This document shows, piece by piece, positions 9,903 to 20,151 of a DNA stretch of 32,000 nt. The position numbers and the translations under genes were made by a program. This DNA is from Blochmannia endosymbiont of Camponotus nipponensis (lineage in GTDB: Bacteria > Pseudomonadota > Gammaproteobacteria > Enterobacterales > Enterobacteriaceae). The notes under the pieces are model-generated. The model worked only from the letters and a program-made list of their open reading frames with translations, did not search any database and was not told the origin of the DNA. Each line of letters starts with the position of its first letter. Positions within the stretch are counted from its first letter, which is position 1. The stretch is from NCBI RefSeq assembly GCF_009827135.1, contig NZ_CP046534.1:90001-122000 (forward strand). The letters run 5' to 3'.

Positions 9903-11171
9903 TTATTCTATTGTTTCTAACATAAATAGATCTTCCAATTTTTGTTTTCGACGAATTTGACGAATTTGTCCATTTTCAAATAAAACTTCTGGTAATAACG
10001 GACGAGTATTATAATTAGAAGACATAGAAGCACCATATGCACCAGTGTCGTGAAATATTAAATAATCCCCTACTTTTGTTGAACAAGGTAACTTACGTGC
10101 TAATATTGTTCCATTCATACTTTGTGTAAAAACATCTCCAGATTCACATAATGGACCACCAACAACAGTATCACGTAATGCCTCTGAAGTAATACTACGA
10201 TTGTCTCCAGGCACCAATGAAATATGATGGTAACTACCGTACATTACTGGACGCATTAAATCATTATATCCTGCATCTACTAATACAAAATGACGACGAC
10301 CCATGTCTTTTACCGCTCTAATTTGTGTAATTAACATCCCTGATTCAGCAACAAGAAAGCGACCAGGTTCTATTTCCAATGTTACTGTATGATGCAAATG
10401 CTGACTAATACGTTTCCTTGTATTATTCCACAAATGAAAATAATGATTTATATCTAAAATTATATCATCATCTTGATACGGTATTGTTAATCCCCCTCCA
10501 GCAGAAATAACCTGTACATCTATTTTGTGTTTTAAAATTTGATGGATCATTGCATTACATACCTTAGATAAATGATCATACTGCACTCCAGAACCGATAT
10601 GCATATGCAACCCAACCAATTGTAGATCATAATGGTGAATGTAAGATAAAGCTTTTAGAATATCTTCATGCCAAATACCATGTTTACTATTTTCTCCTCC
10701 AGTATTAGTCTTTTGATTATGTCCATATCCAAATCCAGGATTAATACGTAACCATATTTTATGTCTAGGGGAACAAGCGCCCAATTGTGCTAACATGTCT
10801 ATCGAGCCTACATTAACAGTAATATTTAGTTCTAATATTCTCAATAATGTTTCTTCCTCTAAAATATCAGCAGTGAAAACTATTTCATCACTTTGCTTTC
10901 CCGTTTTAAAACCGGCTAATAATGCGCGTTCAATTTCTCCTAAAGAAACAGAATCTACTTTAACTCCATGATTATACATCAATCGCAAGATATGAATATT
11001 AGAACAAGATTTTTGAGCATATCGTACAACATCAAATTGTTGTAATTGTGTAATACGATTAACTATAACTGAGGCGTCATATACCCATACTGGTCCTTTA
11101 TATTTTTTATGTAATTTTATTAATTTTTCATAGGAAAGGGTATTGATATGGGTTAATGCATTGTATGTCAT
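9903..11171 (-). CDS. lysA: Diaminopimelate decarboxylase (last step of lysine synthesis)
   Basis: 422 aa, ATG start. Motifs YAQKSCSNIHILRLM (PLP lysine), TNTGGENSKHGIW, ISAGGGL, LEIEPGRFLVA, GPLCESGDVFTQ, HDTGAYGASMSSNYN. Colinear with E. coli LysA along its whole length. Confidence 0.95.
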   Translation of the reverse strand: MTYNALTHINTLSYEKLIKLHKKYKGPVWVYDASVIVNRITQLQQFDVVRYAQKSCSNIHILRLMYNHGVKVDSVSLGEIERALLAGFKTGKQSDEIVFTADILEEETLLRILELNITVNVGSIDMLAQLGACSPRHKIWLRINPGFGYGHNQKTNTGGENSKHGIWHEDILKALSYIHHYDLQLVGLHMHIGSGVQYDHLSKVCNAMIHQILKHKIDVQVISAGGGLTIPYQDDDIILDINHYFHLWNNTRKRISQHLHHTVTLEIEPGRFLVAESGMLITQIRAVKDMGRRHFVLVDAGYNDLMRPVMYGSYHHISLVPGDNRSITSEALRDTVVGGPLCESGDVFTQSMNGTILARKLPCSTKVGDYLIFHDTGAYGASMSSNYNTRPLLPEVLFENGQIRQIRRKQKLEDLFMLETIE

Positions 11172-11380
11172 GCTGTATTCCTATTGTTTTTATTACAATA
11201 TATTTCAATATTAAAAAATTTTACAATTGTGTAATCGAACATAATTAAAATAAGTCGAATACAAATTCGTATTACAAAAAATCAAACAATATTAATTAAT
11301 ATTTAATTTTTTATTAAAAGAATCACTAAATTGCGTAATGTTATAGTAGCTTTTAGATATATATAAAAAGTTTAAAAACT

Positions 11381-12874
11381 TTATTTTGGACGAAGTGTAG
11401 GAAATAGAATTACATCACGAATAGTATGTTTGTCAGTTAGCAACATTATTAAACGATCAATTCCTATTCCAATACCTGCAGTAGGAGGTAATCCATATTC
11501 TAATGCGATTAAATAATCTTCATCGTAATTTACATAAAAATTAGTGTTGTTTTTATCTTTTTTCTCATCGGATTGTTTTAAAAAACGTTCTTTTTGATCT
11601 TCTGGGTCATTTAATTCTGAAAAACCATTTCCTATTTCCCTCCCAGCGATGAACAATTCAAAACGATCCGCAAACTTTGGATTATTATCACTACGACGTG
11701 CTAATGGAGACATTTCTATCGGATAAGAAGTAATACAAGTTGGTTGAATAATTTTTTTTTCTACTGCTTCTTCAAAAATAGCCATATGTATTTCGTTTAA
11801 CGTCCAACAATTTTTGACCTTAATTCCAAATAATTTTGCAATAGAAATAGCAGTATATATATCATCTATATTTTGAGATCTAGTTTCTGGTAAGTAATAA
11901 AAGATAGCTTCTTTTATACTTATTTGAGCAAAAGGATGTTTAAAATTCAATTCATAATTTCCATAACGTACAATATTACTACCTAATACTCTTCGTGTTA
12001 CTGAACATAATAAATTTTGCACCAAAGCAATTATATCACGATAATCAGCATAAGCCATATATACTTCCATCATTGTAAATTCAGGATTATGATAACAGGA
12101 AATTCCTTCATTACGAAAACTACGATTTATTTCAAATATTCGCTCAAAACCACCTATCACCAATTTTTTTAAATATAATTCTGGAGCGATACGTAAATAC
12201 ATATCCATTCCTAATTTATTATGATGCGTAATGAAAGGATGTGCTATAGCCCCTCCTGCAATTGTATGCATCATTGGTGTCTCTACTTCCATGAAATTAT
12301 GTTGTTTCATAAACTGACGTATCTCAGAAATAATTAAAGAACGCATTCTAAATATTTCTCTTGTATGTTCATTAACAATTAAATCCAAATATCTTTGACG
12401 GTATTTTGTTTCTTGATTATTTAAACCATGAAATTTATCTGGCAATGGGCGTAATGATTTAGTTAATAAACGAATTTCTTTGCAATATACTGATAATTCC
12501 CCAGTACGTGTTCTAAACAGTGTACCGCGCGCTCCCAGAATATCTCCTAAGTCCCATTGTTTTATACTCTTATTATATAAATTTTTTTCTAATGAACTAG
12601 CAGTAATATATAACTGCATACAACCTTCAGCATCTCGTAAAGTGATAAAAGATGCTTTTCCCATGATTCGCTGACTTATTATGCGTCCTGCTATACTTAC
12701 TTCAATATTTAACTGTATTAATTCTGCATTGGATGTATGAGCATATTTTTTGTGTAGTTCATTAGAGATAAAATCACGACGAAAATCATTTGGAAATGCT
12801 ACGTCTGTTTTACGGAGTTGAGATAATTTTTTCCGACGAATATTTAATTCATCATCGATATTAAATTTTGACAT
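11381..12874 (-). CDS. lysS: Lysyl-tRNA synthetase (class II)
   Basis: 497 aa, ATG start. Motifs [46 protein letters not shown]. It lies 40 nt downstream of prfB on the same strand, as in the E. coli prfB-lysS operon. Confidence 0.95.
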   Translation of the reverse strand: MSKFNIDDELNIRRKKLSQLRKTDVAFPNDFRRDFISNELHKKYAHTSNAELIQLNIEVSIAGRIISQRIMGKASFITLRDAEGCMQLYITASSLEKNLYNKSIKQWDLGDILGARGTLFRTRTGELSVYCKEIRLLTKSLRPLPDKFHGLNNQETKYRQRYLDLIVNEHTREIFRMRSLIISEIRQFMKQHNFMEVETPMMHTIAGGAIAHPFITHHNKLGMDMYLRIAPELYLKKLVIGGFERIFEINRSFRNEGISCYHNPEFTMMEVYMAYADYRDIIALVQNLLCSVTRRVLGSNIVRYGNYELNFKHPFAQISIKEAIFYYLPETRSQNIDDIYTAISIAKLFGIKVKNCWTLNEIHMAIFEEAVEKKIIQPTCITSYPIEMSPLARRSDNNPKFADRFELFIAGREIGNGFSELNDPEDQKERFLKQSDEKKDKNNTNFYVNYDEDYLIALEYGLPPTAGIGIGIDRLIMLLTDKHTIRDVILFPTLRPK

Positions 12875-12914
12875 AACTGATCCTTTAAATACACGTGCTT
12901 AGTCACTACAGATT

Positions 12915-14013
12915 TCACTTAATTATTTTTTTAATGCTAATTTTTATAAAATCGTCTAGATCTCCATCTAAAACAGCTTTAATATTACGTTTTTCAAAAC
13001 CAGTGCGTAAATCTTTAACTCTAGAACTATCTAAAATATACGATCGTATTTGACTACCCCAGGTAATATTTACTTTATTATTTTCTCTCATTTTTTTTTC
13101 ATCGTTCTTCTTTTGTAATTCCAGTTCATATAATTTAGCCTTTAATTGTTTCATTGCCTGATTTTTATTTTTATGTTGTGAACGATCACTTTGACATTGA
13201 GTAACTATATTGGTTGGTATATGCGTAATACGTACTGCAGACTCCGTGCGATTAACATGTTGCCCTCCTGCTCCAGAAGCTCGGTAAACATCACAACGCA
13301 AATCTTCTGGACGAATGTTAATATTTATACTATCATCCGATTCTGGATATACGAAAACTGAAGCAAATGAAGTATGACGTCTTCCAGAAGAATCAAAAGG
13401 ACTTTTGCGAACTAACCTATGAACGCCAGATTCAGTACGCAGCCAACCGTATGCATAAGGCCCAACAACTTGAATAGTAGCAGATTTTATCCCAGTAACC
13501 TCTCCTACTGATTCTTCAGTAATATCAATTATGAAACCTTTATGATTCATCCAACGCAAATACATACGTAACAACATGCCAGCCCAATCTTGCGCTTCTA
13601 TACCTCCAGACCCCGATTGAATATCAACATAACAATTAGAGTCATCATATTTTCCTATAAACATACGACTAATCTCTAACTGAGATAATATACGTTCTAA
13701 ATCAATTAACTGATCATGAATTTCATTCACCAAGGTATCATCATATTTCTCGATTAATTCTAATAAATCATTTAAATCCGATAAATCTTTAATAAGTTGA
13801 TCAACAACGTTAATAAAATTTTTTAAAGAAGAAGATTTCTGACTTAGAACTTTTGCTATTTTAGGATTATTCCAAACACCAGGTGATTTTAGTTCAGCGC
13901 TAATTATCTGTAAATGTTTTTTCTTAAGATTATAGTTAAAAATCATCCTTAAACTTAAGCGCTCTATTTAACATAAGTTGAATATCTTGTTTAGTAAGAT
14001 TAATATCTATCAT
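12915..14013 (-). CDS. prfB: Peptide chain release factor 2, made by a programmed +1 ribosomal frameshift (25 codons in frame 0, then 340 codons in frame +1)
   Basis: The long frame carries SPF (VRKSPFDS) and GGQ ([21 protein letters not shown]). The upstream ATG at 14013 opens [25 protein letters not shown], followed by TAA at codon 26. The joined product is 365 aa, and ...DDF|[25 protein letters not shown] aligns with E. coli ...GYL|[25 protein letters not shown]. The gene's own stop is TGA (12915..12917). Confidence 0.9.
13935..13951 (-). promoter_or_regulatory. prfB +1 frameshift cassette: SD-like TAAGGA, 4-nt spacer, slip codon TTT, in-frame stop TAA, following C
   Basis: The minus-strand sequence reads TAAGGATGATTTTTAAC. 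Frame 0 is GAT GAT TTT TAA. The long RF2 frame continues as AAC TAT AAT after a +1 slip on the T5 run. The geometry is the same as the E. coli AGGGGG-TAT-CTT-TGA-C site. Confidence 0.8.
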
Positions 14014-14509
14014 AAAAATTTTATTCCTTAAACGTATATTTTTATTTATATTATTTCATATATTACATATACGGCTATGTACACTACAATACAATAAAAA
14101 ATTGCTACATAAATATATAAAGATATTTGTTTTATTATGCTATTAATTATATAATTTAATTTGATTGTTTATTATAATTATTTTGAATATTATCAGTTAT
14201 TAGTAACCATACACTGTTTTATATTTTTATTTATTTTATGTTAAATAACCTTGCAAACAACTATATATTAAAAAATAGTATCCTCATCAATTATTATCAT
14301 ATACCCGGTGTATATCAATACTTATTATGATGTCAATCATCACATAAAGTTTAAAACTGATAAATTATTTAATTTTAAATTTATAATAACAAATGTTTGT
14401 GATAATGTATCCAGGATATACTAAGTCGTTTAAATATTTAAGTGATAGAACCAAACAATATGTATTATATAATATTTATTTGGGGGGTTATTTTATTCAT
14501 AAGGAAAAT

Positions 14510-15523
14510 ATGATCTTTCCTCATATAGTTTTTTCAGGACATTATCCTGTGCCTTCACAAGATTTACCACTAACATTCATCTCCCTTGAGGAGTGGATAT
14601 TAATAAGATTATATGGCCCAGATGTAACGCAATACTTACATAATCAATTGACTTGTGATATTAAAAATCTAGAAAAAAATAAATACAATTTCTCAGCACA
14701 TTGTAATCCAAAAGGAAAAATGATTAGCAATATGTATGTTTTCCACACCAGACCTCAAGAAATGGCATATATTGTACGCCTTAATATATATAAAAAACAG
14801 ATTACAGAAATGAAAAAATATATAGTATTCTCTAATGTTACTATCACTCCTGATTACAATGCAGTACTTATTGGAATTACTGGAACACATGCAAGACAAC
14901 ATTTAAACACGTTTTTTGCAATTCTACCAAATAAAACGCATACGGTAGTGCACGATAAAAATGTCACTTTACTTTATTTTGATGCTCCAATAGAACGGTT
15001 TTTGTTGATTATTAACAAAAGATCAATATTACATCACTTATGGAGTAAATCAAAATATTGCATACTATTTAATAATAGCCGTCAATGGATCTCATTAGAT
15101 ATGGAAGCAGGTTATCCAATTATTGAACCGATAACCAGTGAACTATTTATGCCTCAATCTGTTAATATAGATGCATTACAAGGCATTAGTTTTAATAAAG
15201 GTTGTTATATTGGACAAGAATCTATTGCTCGTGTTAAGTACCGTGGATCCAATAAACAAGCATTGTATCGGTTAACTGGCATCATTCATTACAAGAATAA
15301 TAATAAATTACCGGAACCTGGTGATCGAGTATTATTAAAAATAAAAGACCAACATTGGCAAAATATTGGTGTTGTTTTACAACACTGTCAAATTAAAAAA
15401 AATAACATATGGATACAAGTAGTATTAAATAGGGCAATTTTAGGACCTTCAGAATTAAAAATTACAAATATACACACTAATGACAGTCTCATTTTTTTTG
15501 TTATTAATACTAATAAAATTTAA
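14510..15523 (+). CDS. ygfZ: tRNA-modification / Fe-S cluster repair folate-binding protein YgfZ
   Basis: Conserved KGCYIGQE motif, plus AHCNPKGKM and EMKKYIVFSNVTI. The listed ORF starts at 14393. The ATG at 14510 is preceded by AAGGA (14501..14505) and gives a 337-aa product whose N-terminus (...LPLTFISLEEW) aligns with E. coli YgfZ (326 aa, ...LPLTLMTLDDW). Confidence 0.88.
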   Translation: MIFPHIVFSGHYPVPSQDLPLTFISLEEWILIRLYGPDVTQYLHNQLTCDIKNLEKNKYNFSAHCNPKGKMISNMYVFHTRPQEMAYIVRLNIYKKQITEMKKYIVFSNVTITPDYNAVLIGITGTHARQHLNTFFAILPNKTHTVVHDKNVTLLYFDAPIERFLLIINKRSILHHLWSKSKYCILFNNSRQWISLDMEAGYPIIEPITSELFMPQSVNIDALQGISFNKGCYIGQESIARVKYRGSNKQALYRLTGIIHYKNNNKLPEPGDRVLLKIKDQHWQNIGVVLQHCQIKKNNIWIQVVLNRAILGPSELKITNIHTNDSLIFFVINTNKI

Positions 15524-15550
15524 ATAACTTTTACACAAGCATAATAATAT

Positions 15551-16780
15551 CTATTTGTACTCATAACGATCTTTCAGTAACCATTGTGGCATATCATCTA
15601 ACCCCATAATATGATGTAATACACCTACTTTTAAATTAGGCATAGTGTTAATGAAATAAAAAATAAAATATTGTATACATTTTAATAAATAACTCTTATC
15701 ACGAAGTAACATATGAATACATGAGATATTCATGAAACTTTTAGTTATTCTATATTTTCTGTTGCACCCATAATGCTTTAGATTACCATAAAGTCCAATA
15801 TCTTTGTGATTTTTTTTCAGTGTCTTTAGATGATGTAATAACACTGCTGCATCTATCAGATCTACATTAATATTTTGAAAAAAAAAAGGACATATAGTAT
15901 ATGCAGCTTGCCCTAATAATACCAAACGATGATTTATAAAATTATGTGTATATTGTATCCTCGGTAAGAAAATCTTATATTTTATATTATCACATACAAC
16001 ACAATGACCTAATACATTACAGATTTCAATTAAATCGTAATTAATAGATTGAGTGGAAGTAGATATATATAGATATTTTTTAGCCGTATATGGTGGTAAT
16101 AACCAAAAAACAACAGAAAGATGTGCGTTCTTTAACGGCAACAACACCAACAACCCATCATTATGAATGATACAACGAAGAGTATTTTTATGATTTTTTT
16201 CAGTGTAAATAATAGTAGTTAATCCATAATATTTAGTATCCATAAATATTGAAGAAATATTTGCAGCGTTTTTTACCCAAGAATTAATTCCGTCTGCTCC
16301 TATCACTAATTGAGCTTTAAATATATAATTATTCTTTACCGTAATAAATGCTGCATCATCATGATAATTTATTGCATCAGGTAAATTTGAATCCATAAAT
16401 ATAATATTTCTTAATTGTCGCGCACGATCAACTAACGCTTGATATATCAAATTATTATCAGTAATATATCCTAATTCAAGATATCCTAAATAACCAGTAT
16501 TAAAAACAGTTTTCTGTATATTGTTCATTGTAAAGATTTCTAATTTATGCAACAAACTGGAAGATTTTGATATATTTTGATTCCAAACTTTTAGATACTG
16601 AAGTATTTTTGTGCTAGTTATATTAACTAGAGACATATTAACATTCCATTCCTCTGTTTCATCAATATGAGATGAAATCTTATTTTCTATGATTGCTATA
16701 CGAAAATAATCATTCAGTCCACAAGCCAATGCTAATCCAGAAATTCCTTGATTTACAATTAATAGATCAAAACTTTCCAT
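15551..16780 (-). CDS. ubiI: UbiI/VisC-like flavin monooxygenase of ubiquinone synthesis, intact ORF with degenerate FAD fingerprints
   Basis: It lies immediately downstream of ubiH (31-nt gap), as visC does in E. coli. LVIGADGINSWV and the C-terminal HHIMGLDDMPQWLL match UbiI (RQAMGLNDLPEWLR). However, GxGxxG is IVNQGISG, and the HPLAGQGVNLG block is CPFFFQNINVD. Confidence 0.78.
   Translation of the reverse strand: MESFDLLIVNQGISGLALACGLNDYFRIAIIENKISSHIDETEEWNVNMSLVNITSTKILQYLKVWNQNISKSSSLLHKLEIFTMNNIQKTVFNTGYLGYLELGYITDNNLIYQALVDRARQLRNIIFMDSNLPDAINYHDDAAFITVKNNYIFKAQLVIGADGINSWVKNAANISSIFMDTKYYGLTTIIYTEKNHKNTLRCIIHNDGLLVLLPLKNAHLSVVFWLLPPYTAKKYLYISTSTQSINYDLIEICNVLGHCVVCDNIKYKIFLPRIQYTHNFINHRLVLLGQAAYTICPFFFQNINVDLIDAAVLLHHLKTLKKNHKDIGLYGNLKHYGCNRKYRITKSFMNISCIHMLLRDKSYLLKCIQYFIFYFINTMPNLKVGVLHHIMGLDDMPQWLLKDRYEYK
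15878..15887 (-). repeat. T10 homopolymer on the ubiI coding strand (codons CCT TTT TTT TTT = PFFF)
   Basis: Counted directly: A-run 15878..15887 on the + strand, in frame. Confidence 0.95.
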
Positions 16781-16811
16781 ATTATTATATTATAATACTA
16801 TTATTATTAAA

Positions 16812-18002
16812 TTAATCTGTTTTCCAATTTAATATCACATTTACCAAAAGATGTTTTAATAGAGTACTGTAACTTAAAAAAAATAGGCCCATTTTTCGAG
16901 TAACAACAAGTGGTAAGTGATGATTACTGAATAAACGTACTAAACCATCGGTAATTTTAATGATTCTACATTGGTCTAAATATCTGTGTTTCTGATATTT
17001 GTTTAACACAGAATAATCTCCTATATCTAGATTTTGATATAGTGCTTGCACAATTACCTTAGACAGCACCACAATATCACGTAATCCAAGATTAAATCCT
17101 TGTCCCGCAACAGGATGTAAACTTTGTGCCGCATTTCCAACTAATGCTAATCTGTGACTAATATGACTGTGAGCACGTGTCAACCAAAGATTATAAAAAA
17201 ATCGTCTTTCTACATTTAAAATTTTTCCTAATCTCCATCCAAATATATTTTGTAATTCTTGAGAAAATTTGTTCTTATTCCATATAGATACCTCTTTTTG
17301 TCGTGTATCAGAAATACACCAAATTAAAACACTATAATCATTAGACATAGGCAACACAGCTAATGGTCCATGTTCTGTAAATATTTCAAAAGCTCTTCCG
17401 AAATGAGGTATTTCAGTGGTAATTTTAGAAACTACAGCAATTTGTTGATAATTCCATCTAAACCATTGCATACCGCAATTAGTTGCTAACTCTGAGTATG
17501 CTCCATCTGCTGCTACCATCAATTTTGAAACTATTTGATAACCATTATCTAATATAATTATATTATTTTTTTTTTCACGTTTAATTTTTTTTAAAATCGC
17601 TGGACAATACACAGTTACAGTGGATTGATTACATAAAATATCAAATAATCTCTTTCGAAAAATATTCAGTTCAATAACATAACCCAATTCTGATAATTGA
17701 TAATCTCGGGCTTTAATCAATACTTTGTTGAACCAAGGATATTCACTAACTTCCACTTGTTTTATAATAGTAGAGCAAGAAGATAAAATTGGAGCCACAT
17801 TAAGTCGTATTAATTCAGAATAAGCCCCTCGGGACAAAGCTATTACCTGAGGTGGACATATATTTAAAGATAATTGTGCATCACAACAATAAGGAGAATG
17901 CTTTTCTATTAAAGATATTTCCACGTCTCCTTTGGTTAATTTAGATAACATTAACGCTAATATTGCGCCGGTTATTCCCCCGCCATTTATAATAATAGAC
18001 AT
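16812..18002 (-). CDS. ubiH: 2-octaprenyl-6-methoxyphenol hydroxylase
   Basis: 396 aa, ATG start. Motifs IINGGGITGAILAL (GxGxxG intact), LMVAADGAYSEL, GRAFEIFTEHGPLAVLPMS, FGWRLGKI, LVGNAAQSLHPVAGQGFNLGLRD. Close to E. coli UbiH throughout. Confidence 0.9.
   Translation of the reverse strand: MSIIINGGGITGAILALMLSKLTKGDVEISLIEKHSPYCCDAQLSLNICPPQVIALSRGAYSELIRLNVAPILSSCSTIIKQVEVSEYPWFNKVLIKARDYQLSELGYVIELNIFRKRLFDILCNQSTVTVYCPAILKKIKREKKNNIIILDNGYQIVSKLMVAADGAYSELATNCGMQWFRWNYQQIAVVSKITTEIPHFGRAFEIFTEHGPLAVLPMSNDYSVLIWCISDTRQKEVSIWNKNKFSQELQNIFGWRLGKILNVERRFFYNLWLTRAHSHISHRLALVGNAAQSLHPVAGQGFNLGLRDIVVLSKVIVQALYQNLDIGDYSVLNKYQKHRYLDQCRIIKITDGLVRLFSNHHLPLVVTRKMGLFFLSYSTLLKHLLVNVILNWKTD
17566..17575 (-). 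repeat. A10 homopolymer on the ubiH coding strand (GAA AAA AAA AAT)
   Basis: Counted directly: T-run 17566..17575 on the + strand, in frame (REKKNN). Confidence 0.95.
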
Positions 18003-18780
18003 AAATTATTATCTAATATGCAAATACTACATTTTAGTATCAAACAAAAATTACAATTGTACAAAACTAAATGATCAAGCCAGCGTAATAAATATTGTAT
18101 ATTATACTATATATAATAAACATGCTATAACAAACAATTCATTATATAAATATTATTTTTTATAACGAACATACTTTTGAAACACAATCATTATTCAGTT
18201 AACTTTAGAATATAAATTGCAACATATATATTACAATTTATTTATAATAACGCTTATTCGCTTATAATACATAAAATATATTCATACCATTATGTAATAA
18301 TCGAAAATTATAAAATATTTATTAAAATATAATTATACGTACCAAGTTTCATAATAAAAATTATCATTAACAACGAAGCAATTAAATAAATCTTTTAAAG
18401 ACATTAGAAAATTACATATTAAACATATTATTGTTTTCATGTATCTTGGCAAAACAATTCAACTCTATAGATTATAGAAGAATCCCCATGCAGTCTATAT
18501 GAATTAATTTTCGATAAAATTTATGGTATGCTAACTTTTTAGATTTTTTTATATTTAAAAACCTATTAATTATATTTTAATATATACAAAGGTTTTATAT
18601 TTAAATATTTACAAATATAATAACGATAATTAGTTATTTTATGTGCATATAATTACACAATGCCGCTATATTTTATCAAGTATTTATTAAAAATTTTTAT
18701 GCATATAATCATACAATCATTGTTATCATAATATATAATCATTAAAAAAATATAAATAAATTAAATACCAGGAAAGAAAT

Positions 18781-19125
18781 ATGCCTGAACAACCAACAGA
18801 TATTCAAATTTTTGGTCGAACATTACGGATTAATTGTCCATCTCAACAAAAGGATGCTTTAAATAAAGCAGTAGAAGATTTGACTCAACGACTACAAGAC
18901 TTAAAAATTAGAACAAAAGTAACTAATACTGAACAATTGGTATTTATAGCTGCTTTAAATATATGTCATGAATTAGCTCAAGAAAAATTAAAAACACGTG
19001 AATACGCTACTAACATTGAGCAACATATTCTGTTGTTACAAAAAACAATCGAAAAAGCTTTAGTTGCACATATTCACATCACCGAACATTCTAATGGTCC
19101 ATTAGAATGTTCTAAACACGTGTAA
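18781..19125 (+). CDS. zapA: Cell division protein ZapA (Z-ring associated)
   Basis: [20 protein letters not shown]...[23 protein letters not shown] matches E. coli [20 protein letters not shown]...[23 protein letters not shown]. An AGGAAAG sequence lies upstream of the ATG. Confidence 0.93.
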   Translation: MPEQPTDIQIFGRTLRINCPSQQKDALNKAVEDLTQRLQDLKIRTKVTNTEQLVFIAALNICHELAQEKLKTREYATNIEQHILLLQKTIEKALVAHIHITEHSNGPLECSKHV

Positions 19126-19277
19126 ATACATATATTATGTTTTATATTTTAGAGAAATACAGAGTATATAGTAGATAACAAAAATATAAAAAATAACTCA
19201 TATAAGACCATATATAAATGCTTATTTTATATAAAAACACATAAATTTATATTATTTCCATACAAATAGTATTTGAT

Positions 19278-19889
19278 ATGTATATCAATGATAAAACAAC
19301 ATATAAAAAATCCATTCGTACATACATACGAACTATACGTCGCACTTTAACATTTCAAGAACAGCATACAGCGGCGCAATTAATAACTAATAAAATTATG
19401 ACTATAAATCATATGTACAGATCAACACACATAGCAGCATTCGTTTCTTTTGACGGAGAAATAAGCACTAATTTACTAATACGAACTTTATTATTTATGC
19501 ATAAACACATATATTTACCCATTATACCTTCTCTAAAATCTGATTACTTATTATTTTCAGAATATACATTCTCAACGCCTCTTATATATAATCACCTAAA
19601 TATATACGAACCTAAATGGAATACCGATTCTATTGTACCTATAGAAAAATTAGATATTATATTTGTGCCATTAGTTGCATTTGATACTCACAGACACCGA
19701 TTAGGTATGGGCGGTGGTTTTTATGATAGAACTTTAAAAAATTGGAAACATCAAAATAACTATGTACCCATAGGATTGGCATACAATTTTCAAAAAATAC
19801 CAACTCAATTATTTCCTGTAGAAACATGGGATATAACACTACCAGAAATTATAACCCCATCTTATCATTTAATTTCAAACGATCATTAA
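19278..19889 (+). CDS. ygfA: 5-formyltetrahydrofolate cyclo-ligase
   Basis: 203 aa. Motifs FVSFDGEI, FVPLVAFD, RLGMGGGFYDRTLKNW, ETWDITLP. It sits downstream of zapA as in E. coli. The N-terminus is about 15 to 20 aa longer than in E. coli YgfA, so the start is less certain. Confidence 0.87.
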   Translation: MYINDKTTYKKSIRTYIRTIRRTLTFQEQHTAAQLITNKIMTINHMYRSTHIAAFVSFDGEISTNLLIRTLLFMHKHIYLPIIPSLKSDYLLFSEYTFSTPLIYNHLNIYEPKWNTDSIVPIEKLDIIFVPLVAFDTHRHRLGMGGGFYDRTLKNWKHQNNYVPIGLAYNFQKIPTQLFPVETWDITLPEIITPSYHLISNDH

Positions 19890-20151
19890 ACGATACATAC
19901 CATTCTAAACAAAAAATATGTATTATCTTTATATTTTAATTTTATGAATATGTCGTATATTTTTAAATATAAATAAATAATTTTATAATTTTAAACAATT
20001 AATATTAACCTAATTATATTGATTATCAGAACTTCTTGATTGTAGTTATGTTAAAAATGAGTATAATTTATATTAATTAATAGACTATATATTTAAAATA
20101 TTTTTTTAAATTTTACATTACTAAAATTTATTTTTTTCATAAACAAAAGAA

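Noticed and set aside
14393-14509. 39-codon N-terminal extension of ygfZ in the listed ORF.
   Set aside because: The extension has no counterpart in E. coli YgfZ. An internal ATG with a good AAGGA SD restores the expected length and N-terminal alignment.
17932-18165. 77-aa plus-strand ORF overlapping the ubiH start and running into the spacer.
   Set aside because: It is antisense to the ubiH 5' end and then low-complexity (Asn/Tyr/Ile). It is most likely compositional.
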